A stretch of 64,000 bases of DNA. Origin: a virus (Duplodnaviria; Heunggongvirae; Uroviricota; Caudoviricetes). The stretch is from positions 22,261 through 86,260 of the IMG/VR virus record IMGVR_UViG_3300035660_000003, one strand, 5' to 3'. Below, piece after piece: positions 1-10,261 of the stretch; position 1 is the first letter of the stretch, and each line of letters starts with the position of its first letter. The notes under the pieces were generated by a model. The model had not been told where the DNA came from, ran no database searches, and saw nothing but the letters and a program-made list of their open reading frames with translations. The position numbers and the translations under genes are program-made.

Positions 1-373
1 AAAAATTAGAGAAGAATTGGAAGCATTGGTTGATAAGATAGTTGAAGATGCAATTGCTCTATGTCCAAAAGATACTGGTGCATTAGCAAGTTCAATCCAA
101 AAGGGAGAAGGTGGAACGTTAACGGCTGGTGAACCAAATACAATTATAGATATTATTATTAGTGCTGGAGACCCTTCAATCGTAAATCCAAAAACTGGAA
201 TATCGACAGATGAATATGTTAATTATGTTCATGATGGACATGCGTTTAAAGGTGGAAAAGGAATGTATCTTGGCGTGCCATTTCTAGTTGAAGCCATAAT
301 GTTACATGAAGATGAGATAGAAGAACTTATTGATAGAGCACTTCAAGAATTAATGAGGAGAGGCGGAGATTAA
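1..373 (+). CDS. hypothetical protein, 5'-truncated by window edge
   Basis: ORF 17-373 stays open in frame back to nt 2; first gene of plus-strand block; SD-like GGAGAGGCGGAG before next gene. Confidence 0.6.
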   Translation, partial: KIREELEALVDKIVEDAIALCPKDTGALASSIQKGEGGTLTAGEPNTIIDIIISAGDPSIVNPKTGISTDEYVNYVHDGHAFKGGKGMYLGVPFLVEAIMLHEDEIEELIDRALQELMRRGGD

Positions 374-1285
374 ATGCCAGCGTTGGGTTTAAGAACTATT
401 TGGATTGCTTTGAGAGCAGTAAATTATACAGATTTTGCATTTCAAAAAACCATTATAAATTTGAATAATTTGATGAAGGCAGAAGAAGCCGCAACTAAAG
501 CAACTATTCAACATGCTAAATATGCGGCTATGGCTGGAATGATGTGGATGTCATTAGGTGTTATGTTAGGTCAAGCAGGTATGGAAATGGCTAGAACCAC
601 AACCACATTAAAACCTTTTGTTAATGTTGTAGATAGTTTATTTAAAACTATGGAAAAAAGTGAAGCACTTAGAACATTCGTTTCAATTCTTCTTCTAGCT
701 GTTAGTGCTCTTACAATTTTCGGCGGTGCGGCTATGATGGTTAAAGCTATTCAGGATATTGCTTGGTTGCCAAGTGTTCATAGAATGATAGTGGCACATC
801 AGGCTTTGGCAGGAGCATTAGGAGCATGTGCCGCTGGATTCATGATATTTTTTGTATTAAAAGATGTTCTAGGACCAATTCCAGCGGCTTTATTTGCTGT
901 AGCTGCGGCAATGGCTATCCTTGTCGTCCAAATGTGGATGGCGGCTGGTGCTATGTCAGTATTAACATGGGGTTTAGCGGCAGTAGCAGGCGGAGCGGCT
1001 TTAGCAGGAGCAATAGCTGTTGCGGCTGGTGCAGGTAAATATCAAATGGGAACTAGAAGTGCTGGAGCAACTGGTTTGGCATTCGTCCATAAACATGAAG
1101 TGATTTATAATCCAACAACCAATAGACCGACTCAAGTAGGAAATGACTTGAATAGAGGAGCGGGCGAAACTAATTTCTATGAAATGCCAGTCACAATTGA
1201 AACGGTTAATACTAAGGCAGATATTGAAGATTTGGATAAGAAAATGAGTGAAGCATGGCGTAGAAGAATGCGACGGAGACGGTGA
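374..1285 (+). CDS. Gly/Ala-rich multi-pass hydrophobic protein (virion-associated or membrane protein)
   Basis: 303 aa, long hydrophobic A/G/M-rich segments; ATG follows stop of upstream gene. Confidence 0.7.
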   Translation: MPALGLRTIWIALRAVNYTDFAFQKTIINLNNLMKAEEAATKATIQHAKYAAMAGMMWMSLGVMLGQAGMEMARTTTTLKPFVNVVDSLFKTMEKSEALRTFVSILLLAVSALTIFGGAAMMVKAIQDIAWLPSVHRMIVAHQALAGALGACAAGFMIFFVLKDVLGPIPAALFAVAAAMAILVVQMWMAAGAMSVLTWGLAAVAGGAALAGAIAVAAGAGKYQMGTRSAGATGLAFVHKHEVIYNPTTNRPTQVGNDLNRGAGETNFYEMPVTIETVNTKADIEDLDKKMSEAWRRRMRRRR

Positions 1286-1290
1286 TTTAA

Positions 1291-4200
1291 ATGACTGTCA
1301 ACAGAGTTTGGACTATTGAAATTGACGGAGATTCTAAAAAATACAAAACGATTAATTTTGACCGAGTGCTTGAAATAGATGCTCCGCCAACTTTTAATGC
1401 TAAGGTTGCATATGATGAAACAATAAACTTTTGGGACCCAGTTGAAATTAAACGTGATGGAACGATTGAATTTAAAGGATATGTGGAAGGTATCGAGATT
1501 GATTGGGGAAGTCAAGACCGATATTTAAATATTTCTGGTCGTGATGTTTCAGTTATTCTTTGGAAAAAATATGGAGAAGGATTCACCGAAATGGATGAAA
1601 CATTGGGTGGATTCTTTGGAAAAGTTAGTGCCGTTGAACTTTTACAATTCTTAATTAGATGTCCTCAGTCAGACCCAGTTTCAACCTATCCAAATAATAA
1701 GGCTGGATGGGGTATTGATATTTCAAGAATTACCAATGTATCAGCATATAGAACATCGATAGGAGCACCAGAATGGACAATTTTAAGAAAGAAAGGTTTG
1801 GGATGGAGAAATAGTGGAACTCCATTTGGTGAAGACATAAATTTAGTCAGTTCCAATGTAACAGAGGAATGGCAAGAGATTGGCGATACTGGAATAGATT
1901 GTTTAACTGGAATAAATGACGGCAAATACATTACGTCTGGAACTGCTGATGCAATTAGTGAATGGGAGATGGAAAATCTTCCCGCAGAGGCAACAAGCAT
2001 TTCTAATCCGAGATTACAACTTTATTGGGCAACTGATTGGACATATTGGTGGTGGATTCAAGCCGAGTTTGATTGTTATATTTGGATTCAATCACTTAAT
2101 ACTTGGCAATGGTTATTCCATCAAACTGGAAGAGACCTCGGATGGACATATCTGGAATACGATTTATCATCTGTCATTACCACAATAGCAGACCTTAATG
2201 CGGCTAAAATAAAATTTATAAATCGCTCTACAACTCTAAAATCAAAAATAGACTATTGTGCAATAGCTGTAACATATGTGACTTCTGGCACACAAAACAC
2301 CGATGATTATTTTGAAATTGATTTTACGGAACTTGAAAATATTTGTGGAATTTATTTTGAGAGTAGAAATGACGATGAGAGTTTTCCGATAAACTATAAA
2401 ATTGTAACAGTCGGTTCTGACCTAGAAGACTTCATCGAATACACGGAAGTTGACCCTAACACTCACATCAGTAAAACCGCCAATCATATAGATTTTGACG
2501 CTTATAATGATGAAGATGCATATTTATATTATGATTTTGGAGCAAATCATTTTGGAGATTTTAAACAAGAAATTACTTTTAAATGTGTAACCGACCCAGT
2601 TCCAGAGCCACACGTGGGTTATCCAGAAATGTTTGGAGTAATATTGGGATTTTGGGCATTAACTAATGATTTAGATGACCTACTTGCATTAGAATTTGGA
2701 ATTACTTCACCTGCTCCAGTAACTTTTCCACATCTTTCATTGAGTGTATGGAGAGACCCATCTGATATAATAAATGGTGGAGCACCAACCTTCAGATTAC
2801 ATGAAACATATGGTGATGCGAGTGCTCAATCAGATTATAGTCCTGAATTCGATGAAGGAAAAACTTACAAATTTGAAATAATTAGAGTGGGAACGTCTAT
2901 AACTGTTTCGATTAGTGAAGACGGCATTTATTTTGATACATTATCATTGACAATGGGTCAAGATAATGATTTTCGATATTTAATGGCATGTGTTACAGCT
3001 AATACGGGAGAAATAACACATTGCGATGTTGATATAGATAATTTAATTTTTACAACAGAAACCACAATTGTAAGTGAAGTAACTAATAACACTTTTAGAG
3101 ATATTATTCATAGTTGGCAACCACAAACATTGGATAATTTAAAGATTAAAATTACTTCGGCAGATGCCACTCATGGTTGGGCTATCTCGCAAATTTATGT
3201 TTATTATGCTCCAGTCTTGAAATATCGAGTTTATCTGGATGGATTGACTGCACCAGCATTGCCACCGCCATATTTAGGTGGTCCATATATAAAATCAATT
3301 TGGTCTGTAGCAACAACTAAAAGAGCAAGAGCAAGCAATGTAACTACTATTACTACGGCATCCGTTCATGGATTACTTGTTGGAGATGGTGTGAAAATAG
3401 TTGGTTTGGGCGGGACTGGTTATAATGGAACTTGGACTGTGGCATCAGTTCCGACTATTACGACATTCACTTATGCCAATACTGGCAGTGATGAAGCAGA
3501 AACATCCGATACTGGTGGAACGGTTACTGATTATTATGCAACGTCAATAGGACCATTAAACATTGCAATGGAAAGACTGATTGACAGCATTAACTCAATT
3601 GTATCTAAATGTCACAATACTCATAACCCATATAAATGGTGGATGGCATACGATACTGACAACACATTTCGCTTTAAAGCTCGTAGAGGAAGCGATAAGT
3701 CAGGAACTATTTCGTTTGTGAAGGGAACTAATCTTGGTGGAGTGACCAGAACCAAACATGTAGAATCAACGGTTCAGAGAATTAAAATTATAGGCAGAGG
3801 AGAAGGACAACGCCAAGAGAAAGTTTCATCGGATTGGCAAGAAGACGAAGATGCGATGGATGAAATTAGGGGATTTTATGAAGATGTAGAAACTCAGAAA
3901 GTTCAAGCGAATAAAGATTTGACGGATTTGATGGCGTTAATTAAACTGAAAGAAAGTGCTTCCATTGAAGACCAATCAACGATAAATGTGAATAAAGATA
4001 CATGTGACTCTATGGCTTATGATGTTGGTGATGATGTTACAATTACTGATTCGTTGACTGGATTAAGTGGTGCTAAAACAATATATAATATTACGAAAGA
4101 CATAGATGAAAACGGTGAACAAATAACATTAGTTGTTGGAAAGGCTTGGAAAACTCAAGAAGATGAATGGGCTGATATATATAGACGGTTGAAAGAATTA

Positions 4201-4989
4201 GGAATTGTCGGAACGGTTGCAAATGATTGGAGTGGTGAAGGAACTAACGAGAGTAAAGTTGATGCAACGAAGGTTAGCGATACTTGGGAACAATCAGCAA
4301 GTCATGAGGATGTTGAGATTGGCGGTGATAAAACTGACCCGCAATGGTATAAAAATCCAGACCCCGCCAATAATATTGAAATCACAGGTGATAAGATGGG
4401 TCTTTACGGTCCTGATTCGGGTAGCGGAGTTCAATCATATGAAATTGAAATGAGATGGGATAAGAAAGTTTCAACGGCATTTCCCGATGGACTTACTGTA
4501 GAATTTAATATATCATTGACTAGAGAACCAAAACTCATCTGCGAAGGATATTGTTATCAGGTAGAAAGTGGAGATACAAAATATTGGAAAGAAGGAGATT
4601 ATGTAGTTTTCGGTCTCTATAATCTTCAAACTGACATTGGATTCTTATTTAAAATAGTTAAGGGGGCGAGTGCCTTCACAGTTTATGCAAGATATAAGAG
4701 ACAAGGCATATGGATAGATAGTCCAATTAGAACTATAACTTCAAACAGAAAATACCGTTTCGAAATGTATTATAACAAAACGTCACAGGCATTCTACTGG
4801 AATGTTTATGATATAGAAAATGAACAAGAATCCGACCCAGTTAGTTATGTAATCATCAAGCCAGATAATGTCACAGTATTAAAACCACTATATGCAAAAA
4901 TAGTAGCAGACCACAATGATACCACAACATTATGGGCTAGGTTCTACATATTCAGACTTAAAACAGAATGGTCGAGGTATGAATATTAA
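1291..4989 (+). CDS. large 1232-aa structural/surface-like protein
   Basis: uninterrupted 3.7-kb ORF; GGTGAT SD 8 nt upstream of ATG; Thr/Ser/Gly/Asn-rich beta-like composition. Confidence 0.8.
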   Translation: MTVNRVWTIEIDGDSKKYKTINFDRVLEIDAPPTFNAKVAYDETINFWDPVEIKRDGTIEFKGYVEGIEIDWGSQDRYLNISGRDVSVILWKKYGEGFTEMDETLGGFFGKVSAVELLQFLIRCPQSDPVSTYPNNKAGWGIDISRITNVSAYRTSIGAPEWTILRKKGLGWRNSGTPFGEDINLVSSNVTEEWQEIGDTGIDCLTGINDGKYITSGTADAISEWEMENLPAEATSISNPRLQLYWATDWTYWWWIQAEFDCYIWIQSLNTWQWLFHQTGRDLGWTYLEYDLSSVITTIADLNAAKIKFINRSTTLKSKIDYCAIAVTYVTSGTQNTDDYFEIDFTELENICGIYFESRNDDESFPINYKIVTVGSDLEDFIEYTEVDPNTHISKTANHIDFDAYNDEDAYLYYDFGANHFGDFKQEITFKCVTDPVPEPHVGYPEMFGVILGFWALTNDLDDLLALEFGITSPAPVTFPHLSLSVWRDPSDIINGGAPTFRLHETYGDASAQSDYSPEFDEGKTYKFEIIRVGTSITVSISEDGIYFDTLSLTMGQDNDFRYLMACVTANTGEITHCDVDIDNLIFTTETTIVSEVTNNTFRDIIHSWQPQTLDNLKIKITSADATHGWAISQIYVYYAPVLKYRVYLDGLTAPALPPPYLGGPYIKSIWSVATTKRARASNVTTITTASVHGLLVGDGVKIVGLGGTGYNGTWTVASVPTITTFTYANTGSDEAETSDTGGTVTDYYATSIGPLNIAMERLIDSINSIVSKCHNTHNPYKWWMAYDTDNTFRFKARRGSDKSGTISFVKGTNLGGVTRTKHVESTVQRIKIIGRGEGQRQEKVSSDWQEDEDAMDEIRGFYEDVETQKVQANKDLTDLMALIKLKESASIEDQSTINVNKDTCDSMAYDVGDDVTITDSLTGLSGAKTIYNITKDIDENGEQITLVVGKAWKTQEDEWADIYRRLKELGIVGTVANDWSGEGTNESKVDATKVSDTWEQSASHEDVEIGGDKTDPQWYKNPDPANNIEITGDKMGLYGPDSGSGVQSYEIEMRWDKKVSTAFPDGLTVEFNISLTREPKLICEGYCYQVESGDTKYWKEGDYVVFGLYNLQTDIGFLFKIVKGASAFTVYARYKRQGIWIDSPIRTITSNRKYRFEMYYNKTSQAFYWNVYDIENEQESDPVSYVIIKPDNVTVLKPLYAKIVADHNDTTTLWARFYIFRLKTEWSRYEY

Positions 4990-6344
4990 TGACTGACTGG
5001 TTGACTGGTTTCCAGTATAGGAAATCACATTTAATTCTGGGAGCTTACAAAGGATTTGCAGATTTTCCGATATGTATTAAAATTTATTATGGAACTGGAA
5101 CTGATGGAACAGAGAAGGTTGACCATTTAACAGACTATTGGGGAGATTATGATACTTGGGCTGGTAAAGTCTATTGTTCTTCTCATTGTAAAACAGACTT
5201 TAGTGACCTTCGATTCACGGATAATGATGGCACTACCAAACTCAATTATTGGATACAAGAGAAAGTGGATGGAGACTATGCTATAGTATGGATTAAGGTA
5301 ACTGACGACCTTTCAACGGATACTACAATCTTTGTTTACTATGGAAATGAATCTGCTTCATCTGAAAGTGATGGCGATGGAGTCTTTCTTTTATTCGATG
5401 ACTTTGATGATGGAATATTTGATACAGATAAATGGATTGTTAGTGGAAGTTATACTGAATCTGGGGGACTTCTCACCCTCAACTCAGGTGCATATATCCA
5501 AAGTAAATCGACATGGTTCAAAGAAGTTATAGTCTTTATGAAAGCCAAATTCTCACAAGCAAATGGATTTATTGGTCTCTGTAAAACAACTGGTGGAACT
5601 GATGATGCGGCATTCTTTAGAGGGGAAAGTTCAACAATCAAGTCCAGAGTTCAACGAGATAGTGGTTATGAGACTGGAACTGTTGGAGCATATCAAGGTA
5701 ACTTCTGGAAGTTTGCACTCAAATGGTTAAGTGAATATCCAGAAACTCATAACTCGTATAATTCAGTTCAATTCTTTGTGGATAGTGTTGGAAAACGATG
5801 GCACATAAATAATAGTCCAAACGAACTTATTCCAGTAACTAATAATGCCATAGGACTGGATTCACTTATCTTTGATTGGATAGTAGTTAGGAAGGTAGCA
5901 CCTGCTGGAGAAGAACCAGTTCATTCTTCTTGGGGAGCAGAAGAAGAGAAGCATACAACGATAACGATTGGAACTTTAGAGTGTAATGTGATTTCATGGT
6001 CAGAAGGACAAAGTTGCGACCCTGCAATAAGACAAATTCCATTAAACTCTGACGGTGAATTTGTTGATACTGGAACGTTTGTAATAGACAACAGACAACT
6101 CACGATTACTATTCGTCTTACAGATGCTCAGAAAGATACTTTGAATAATATGTTTAATGCGAATGCTACTGTAACTATTATAGCAAAGACTGAATCTGAG
6201 CAAAATTATCCTCGTTGGAAATATACTGTTTGGCTTTCAAGAATTTTAAAGGAATATAGATATAGTAAAGAAGGTTCAGATGAAAGAGAATGGGAAGTTG
6301 AACTTGAATTTTACTGTTCAAGTTTTAGTTATGAGGTGGCGTAA
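4989..6344 (+). CDS. 451-aa structural-like protein
   Basis: ATGA stop/start overlap with upstream gene; same composition as neighbours. Confidence 0.75.
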   Translation: MTDWLTGFQYRKSHLILGAYKGFADFPICIKIYYGTGTDGTEKVDHLTDYWGDYDTWAGKVYCSSHCKTDFSDLRFTDNDGTTKLNYWIQEKVDGDYAIVWIKVTDDLSTDTTIFVYYGNESASSESDGDGVFLLFDDFDDGIFDTDKWIVSGSYTESGGLLTLNSGAYIQSKSTWFKEVIVFMKAKFSQANGFIGLCKTTGGTDDAAFFRGESSTIKSRVQRDSGYETGTVGAYQGNFWKFALKWLSEYPETHNSYNSVQFFVDSVGKRWHINNSPNELIPVTNNAIGLDSLIFDWIVVRKVAPAGEEPVHSSWGAEEEKHTTITIGTLECNVISWSEGQSCDPAIRQIPLNSDGEFVDTGTFVIDNRQLTITIRLTDAQKDTLNNMFNANATVTIIAKTESEQNYPRWKYTVWLSRILKEYRYSKEGSDEREWEVELEFYCSSFSYEVA

Positions 6345-6692
6345 ATGGCACAAATAACATTAAACTCGGTTGATTACGACTTCATACTTAGAACGGATAT
6401 TACTAAACGAAGTCAAGTCATGTTACCAAAATATATAAACCAACCCGCCGAGATTGATATTAATGTTTGGAGTAGAAGGGCTGGAATCGTCACTTATGAA
6501 ATGAGAGTTACCGATGCTCAGAAATGGACTTTAGACCAATTATTACTAGGACACATTGTTGTAAATCTGACAGATGCTACATATGAATGGAATGATAATG
6601 TATGGTTAAGTAGCATTGATGCAGAATATGCAAGAGACGAGAACGATATATATCGTTGGAGATTAATAATCGAATTAATTATTATTTTGTAA
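6345..6692 (+). CDS. 115-aa hypothetical protein
   Basis: GAGGTG SD upstream; immediately follows previous stop. Confidence 0.65.
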   Translation: MAQITLNSVDYDFILRTDITKRSQVMLPKYINQPAEIDINVWSRRAGIVTYEMRVTDAQKWTLDQLLLGHIVVNLTDATYEWNDNVWLSSIDAEYARDENDIYRWRLIIELIIIL

Positions 6693-6762
6693 TAATTTAA
6701 AGTAATTATCCATAAAAGGACAGCTATTTATCTAATTTAACAAAAATTGTTTTATAGTATAG

Positions 6763-6785
6763 AAAAGTTTAAATAGTTTAAATAC
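6763..6785 (+). promoter_or_regulatory. tandem TATA boxes (GTTTAAATAG / GTTTAAATAC), archaeal-type promoter
   Basis: 15-35 nt upstream of ATG 6799; matches window consensus. Confidence 0.5.
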
Positions 6786-6798
6786 ATTAATTATTCAT

Positions 6799-7230
6799 GT
6801 GATAATAATGAAGCACGATGAAATACTTGAAGAAGTATTAGCAGAATTCAAAAGTAGAGGATATAAAGTAATTCATCTTAATCGTAAACCCATTCCAGAT
6901 GCCATCGCCATTAAAAATAATAAAACCGCCATGATTGAAGTTACTGGTTCTGATTTAAAGACAAAAATTTATTCTAAAAAATTAAAATACAAACAATATG
7001 GATTTGAAACAGATGATTTGGTTTTGATTGGAAAGGGTGTGCCAAACCAATATAAAATTCCTGCCGAAGCATATTATTATGCCTTGGAACTTCGCAAAAA
7101 GGGATGGACGTATTCAACTATTTCCGAAGAACTTGAAAAGAGATTTAAATGTAAGATTTCTACTGCTTCCATATGTCTTTGGGTCAAAGGAACTAATAAA
7201 CCATTATCAATTCGTAATATTGAAGGGTAA
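6799..7230 (+). CDS. 143-aa protein, weak PD-(D/E)xK / Hjc-like nuclease signature
   Basis: motif PDAIAIK...IEVTG; tandem TATA-like boxes 15-35 nt upstream. Confidence 0.5.
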   Translation: MIIMKHDEILEEVLAEFKSRGYKVIHLNRKPIPDAIAIKNNKTAMIEVTGSDLKTKIYSKKLKYKQYGFETDDLVLIGKGVPNQYKIPAEAYYYALELRKKGWTYSTISEELEKRFKCKISTASICLWVKGTNKPLSIRNIEG

Positions 7231-7374
7231 TTATGTATAAACTGGTATAAATCATTAAAAAATTTAAAAATCTTGTATTAATCCCATTCTTTCCATATAA
7301 TAAAGGCATATCGCCGTTAGCGAACAGATATACAGGGCTTGTATATGATTGTCAATAAACTAGATTCGAAACAA

Positions 7375-7790
7375 TGATAAATGGTCAAGCGGGGCGAATT
7401 GCTTCGCCTGTGTGAAGTTTACCCATCTAGTTTCACCTAGCCCTCAAGTCCCATGCTAAGTTACTTACATGGGTCTTTCACTTAGCTCCCATCTTGAGGG
7501 TTTACCGCCTGATAGTGCCATTGACTGGCAGGGTGGACTTCCCTTTTACCTTCCCGTTTTAAGTCCAAGACGGCGACCAGTCGATGACTAATATTTTACC
7601 AACGTCCTTAACCGAGTCAATGCGTCCATTGCACGGGGAACGCTGGCGAATACGACAGCAAACAAGGATAACCTCTGCTATCTCAAGCATCCAACGGGTA
7701 ATGACTTCGCCGTTTCATATCTTCGCCCTAAACCAAACGGCTTAGGAGTTCACCTTCGAGATGTCCCGTTTGCAAACTAAATAAATAGGG
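7375..7790. ncRNA. GC-rich ORF-free island, candidate structured RNA (identity unknown)
   Basis: ~50% GC against ~33% background; nested helices e.g. CCCTCAAG..CCCATG..CATGGG..CTTGAGGG; sits between convergent gene blocks. Confidence 0.3.
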
Positions 7791-7819
7791 AAAGTTATAT
7801 TTAAGCGTTTCGGTTCAAT

Positions 7820-8269
7820 TTAACTTATTGTTTCTTTAGTCCACAAGTCAACTTGTTCTGATGCTTGGTCATTTCTTTTTTCATAGTCTTCTTTTGAAAT
7901 CCTTGTCCTAGAATCTTCGTCATCAAGCCATCTTCGTGACAATTCAACTGGCGGTTCATATTCTCGATTGCCTAAAATGACCTCTGCACGTCTATTTAAT
8001 TCATAAATGCCTTCTATACATTTTTTGCACAATCGAACAGATACCCAATATATAAACTTATCATACCATGTTCCATCAAGGAATATACCGACATCCCATT
8101 GTTTTTCTATCATTTCTTGACATTTGTTGCACGGGATAAACCATGTTTTTATTATTCTAAGATAGAATTGCCAAGTAAATTCTTGCTTGATTTTAAAGTA
8201 TTGTTGTTCCTCTAGTCCCTTCTTTTCATTATAGACCATAAAACATTCAAACTTAAATCTTTCTTTCAT
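7820..8269 (-). CDS. hypothetical Cys-containing protein
   Basis: 149 aa, CNKC...CKKC; promoter-like element 8316-8335 upstream. Confidence 0.6.
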   Translation of the reverse strand: MKERFKFECFMVYNEKKGLEEQQYFKIKQEFTWQFYLRIIKTWFIPCNKCQEMIEKQWDVGIFLDGTWYDKFIYWVSVRLCKKCIEGIYELNRRAEVILGNREYEPPVELSRRWLDDEDSRTRISKEDYEKRNDQASEQVDLWTKETIS

Positions 8270-8315
8270 TCAATCACCTCTTCATTCTTTCGTTCATACT
8301 GGATATGCTCAGAGG

Positions 8316-8335
8316 CATATATAAGGCTTACGGTC
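8316..8335 (-). promoter_or_regulatory. BRE/TATA promoter (catatataaggcttacggtc)
   Basis: near-identical to 60177 element; ~55 nt upstream of gene start 8269. Confidence 0.5.
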
Positions 8336-8392
8336 TCACAATCGAGTCATATCAGTTCACAAACGTGAACCATGCCCAAAAACACGAAAGAT

Positions 8393-8408
8393 TAATCAAT
8401 TGATTAAG
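8393..8408. repeat. 16-bp palindrome TTAATCAATTGATTAA
   Basis: exact match. Confidence 0.95.
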
Positions 8409-9327
8409 TTCTTCATACTTAGCACAGGACTTAGTATGGAGTCATACTCAAGCATATTGACCATGTTTCTAGGCATATCTGGTATGCTCGGATATGCTTG
8501 GATTATGTCTGGATATATCTAGTCATCGGCGAATTCGAAGAAGCCCCCGAAATGGCATACTCGATATGCCTGCGTGCATATGAAGTATGCTTCAATATAT
8601 CTGCAAGCATATCAATTCCGAACACGAATTAAACTGAGCAGATTTACCAATGAATGAAACTCCACGAAGGAACAAGTGAAACCTTTCACCAAAAACCGCA
8701 CCGAAATGTGCCCGCATTCAACCAACGAGTTCCAACCCAGACTAATTTTTCGAGCATATGCCCATTCAAATGACCAGTCAACGAGTCACCATCCCAGACA
8801 AGCCCGTGTCTAACCTGTCACTTTACAAACCATCGCAAATTCATTAACTAGACTAATTCATTAAGCTAGACTAGGATTCCCAAACCACAAATCATATGGT
8901 TAAAGGGGCAAATTAGGGCTATTTTTAGGCTTAGAATTGAGAATGGCGGGGGAGTTCGGGTTGGTTGGTTGAATTGTGCTTGTATTCAAGCTCAATACTA
9001 TTATAACCCCTACCCTTAACCTTAATCACGAATCCGCACCTATTCCGCACCTATTTATCATTAACATCCATATATAACAAGTTAAACAAGCTAACATGCC
9101 AGTTTTTAGGGTTAATTAGCTCTATAAGGTGTAGTTTGTGCCTTATTGGTTCGTGGTTAATGGTGTTGGTTGATTCGTTCGTTGCCTCAATTGAAAATAG
9201 GCAAATTATGAGGTTGTTTTCGGATTTCCGCACCGAAATAGGTTCGCTTTTCTAATCGCTTGATTTTGGTGGCTTAGAATTATAAGTTGAATTTTTGGTT
9301 GGTTTCAAGTCATGGTTCACGGTTTGA

Positions 9328-9343
9328 TTAATCAATTGATTAA
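9328..9343. repeat. 16-bp palindrome TTAATCAATTGATTAA
   Basis: exact match. Confidence 0.95.
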
Positions 9344-9399
9344 GTTTTTTGAGAAACCTAAAAATCGGCGGATTTAAGAAATGGTTCAAAAATTGGGAT

Positions 9400-9413
9400 A
9401 AGTTTTAAATATT
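9400..9413 (+). promoter_or_regulatory. TATA box aagttttaaatatt
   Basis: upstream of HNH gene 9444. Confidence 0.45.
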
Positions 9414-9443
9414 AGAACCGCATATTAGGTATTTGGTGTAATC

Positions 9444-9941
9444 ATGCCATTTAAAGATAAGAAATACGAAAAGAGCTATAAACACGGTTACTATTTGAAA
9501 AATAAGGCTAAAATCTTGCCTAACGTAAAAGATTATTACCGTAAAAATAAAACTCAAATTCTCATAAAAACAAAACAATATCGGTTAAAAAGTATGGATA
9601 AAATTAAGGCTTATTCTCAGAAAATCAAACTTAAAGCCTTACAAATTGTAAGCTATTCAGAAAAACCATTATGCGTTAATTGTGGTTGTGCAGATTTAAG
9701 AATCTTAGAAATTAATCACGTAAACCTTAACGGTTCTAAGGAATTAAAAACCTCTAAAAATGGCTTTAAATATAAAGGTAGGTCTTCCAGAAGCCTCTTT
9801 TTTGAAATAATCAATAAAAATCGCCCCGTTTCCGATTTAGAGGTCACTTGTAAGGTTTGCAACACAAAACATTATGTTGAAAAGAAATTTGGATTAAAAT
9901 TTAAGGTTGAATTTTTGCCAGAAAAAGAAAAAGGGGTTTAG
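9444..9941 (+). CDS. HNH (His-Me finger) endonuclease-like, K/Y-rich N-terminal repeats
   Basis: CVNCGC...EINHVN...CKVCNTKH; TATA-like box 9400-9413. Confidence 0.6.
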   Translation: MPFKDKKYEKSYKHGYYLKNKAKILPNVKDYYRKNKTQILIKTKQYRLKSMDKIKAYSQKIKLKALQIVSYSEKPLCVNCGCADLRILEINHVNLNGSKELKTSKNGFKYKGRSSRSLFFEIINKNRPVSDLEVTCKVCNTKHYVEKKFGLKFKVEFLPEKEKGV

Positions 9942-10234
9942 ATTAGGAACGATTCATTATTCACGGCAACCATTTGACTCGTTTGCTTCGTTGCGGTCTT
10001 AATTTGCTTTAGAATCGGGATTAAAAGCGGTTTCATGCGTTTAAGCGTCGAATTGACATAAATTAGGTATATATCGGTTTTTTCAACCCAAATCGTGTCG
10101 CTTTCTTTCCAATAACCCCGATTATGGTTTATTTCGGTAAGTCCGCCGCAGAGGTCAATTAAGGCTTTTTTTGCCGAATCGAGCATTTTTAAATCCTCTT
10201 TTTCCGAATGCGTCACGAATATTTCAATTCTCAT
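9938..10234 (-). CDS. hypothetical protein
   Basis: 98-aa ORF, terminal gene of MoxR/vWA operon direction. Confidence 0.5.
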   Translation of the reverse strand: MRIEIFVTHSEKEDLKMLDSAKKALIDLCGGLTEINHNRGYWKESDTIWVEKTDIYLIYVNSTLKRMKPLLIPILKQIKTATKQTSQMVAVNNESFLI

Positions 10235-10261
10235 TCAAATCACCTCTTTTCGAGTTTCTTT

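Noticed and set aside
374-1285. Calling the hydrophobic 303-aa protein a tail tape-measure protein and the 1-7 kb block a tail module
   Set aside because: Composition is suggestive, but no tape-measure, baseplate or capsid signature could be confirmed by eye. The call is kept generic as structural/surface-like.
7375-7790. Assigning the GC island to RNase P RNA
   Set aside because: Only short P4-like fragments match, without the other universally conserved regions. It is left as an unidentified structured-RNA candidate.
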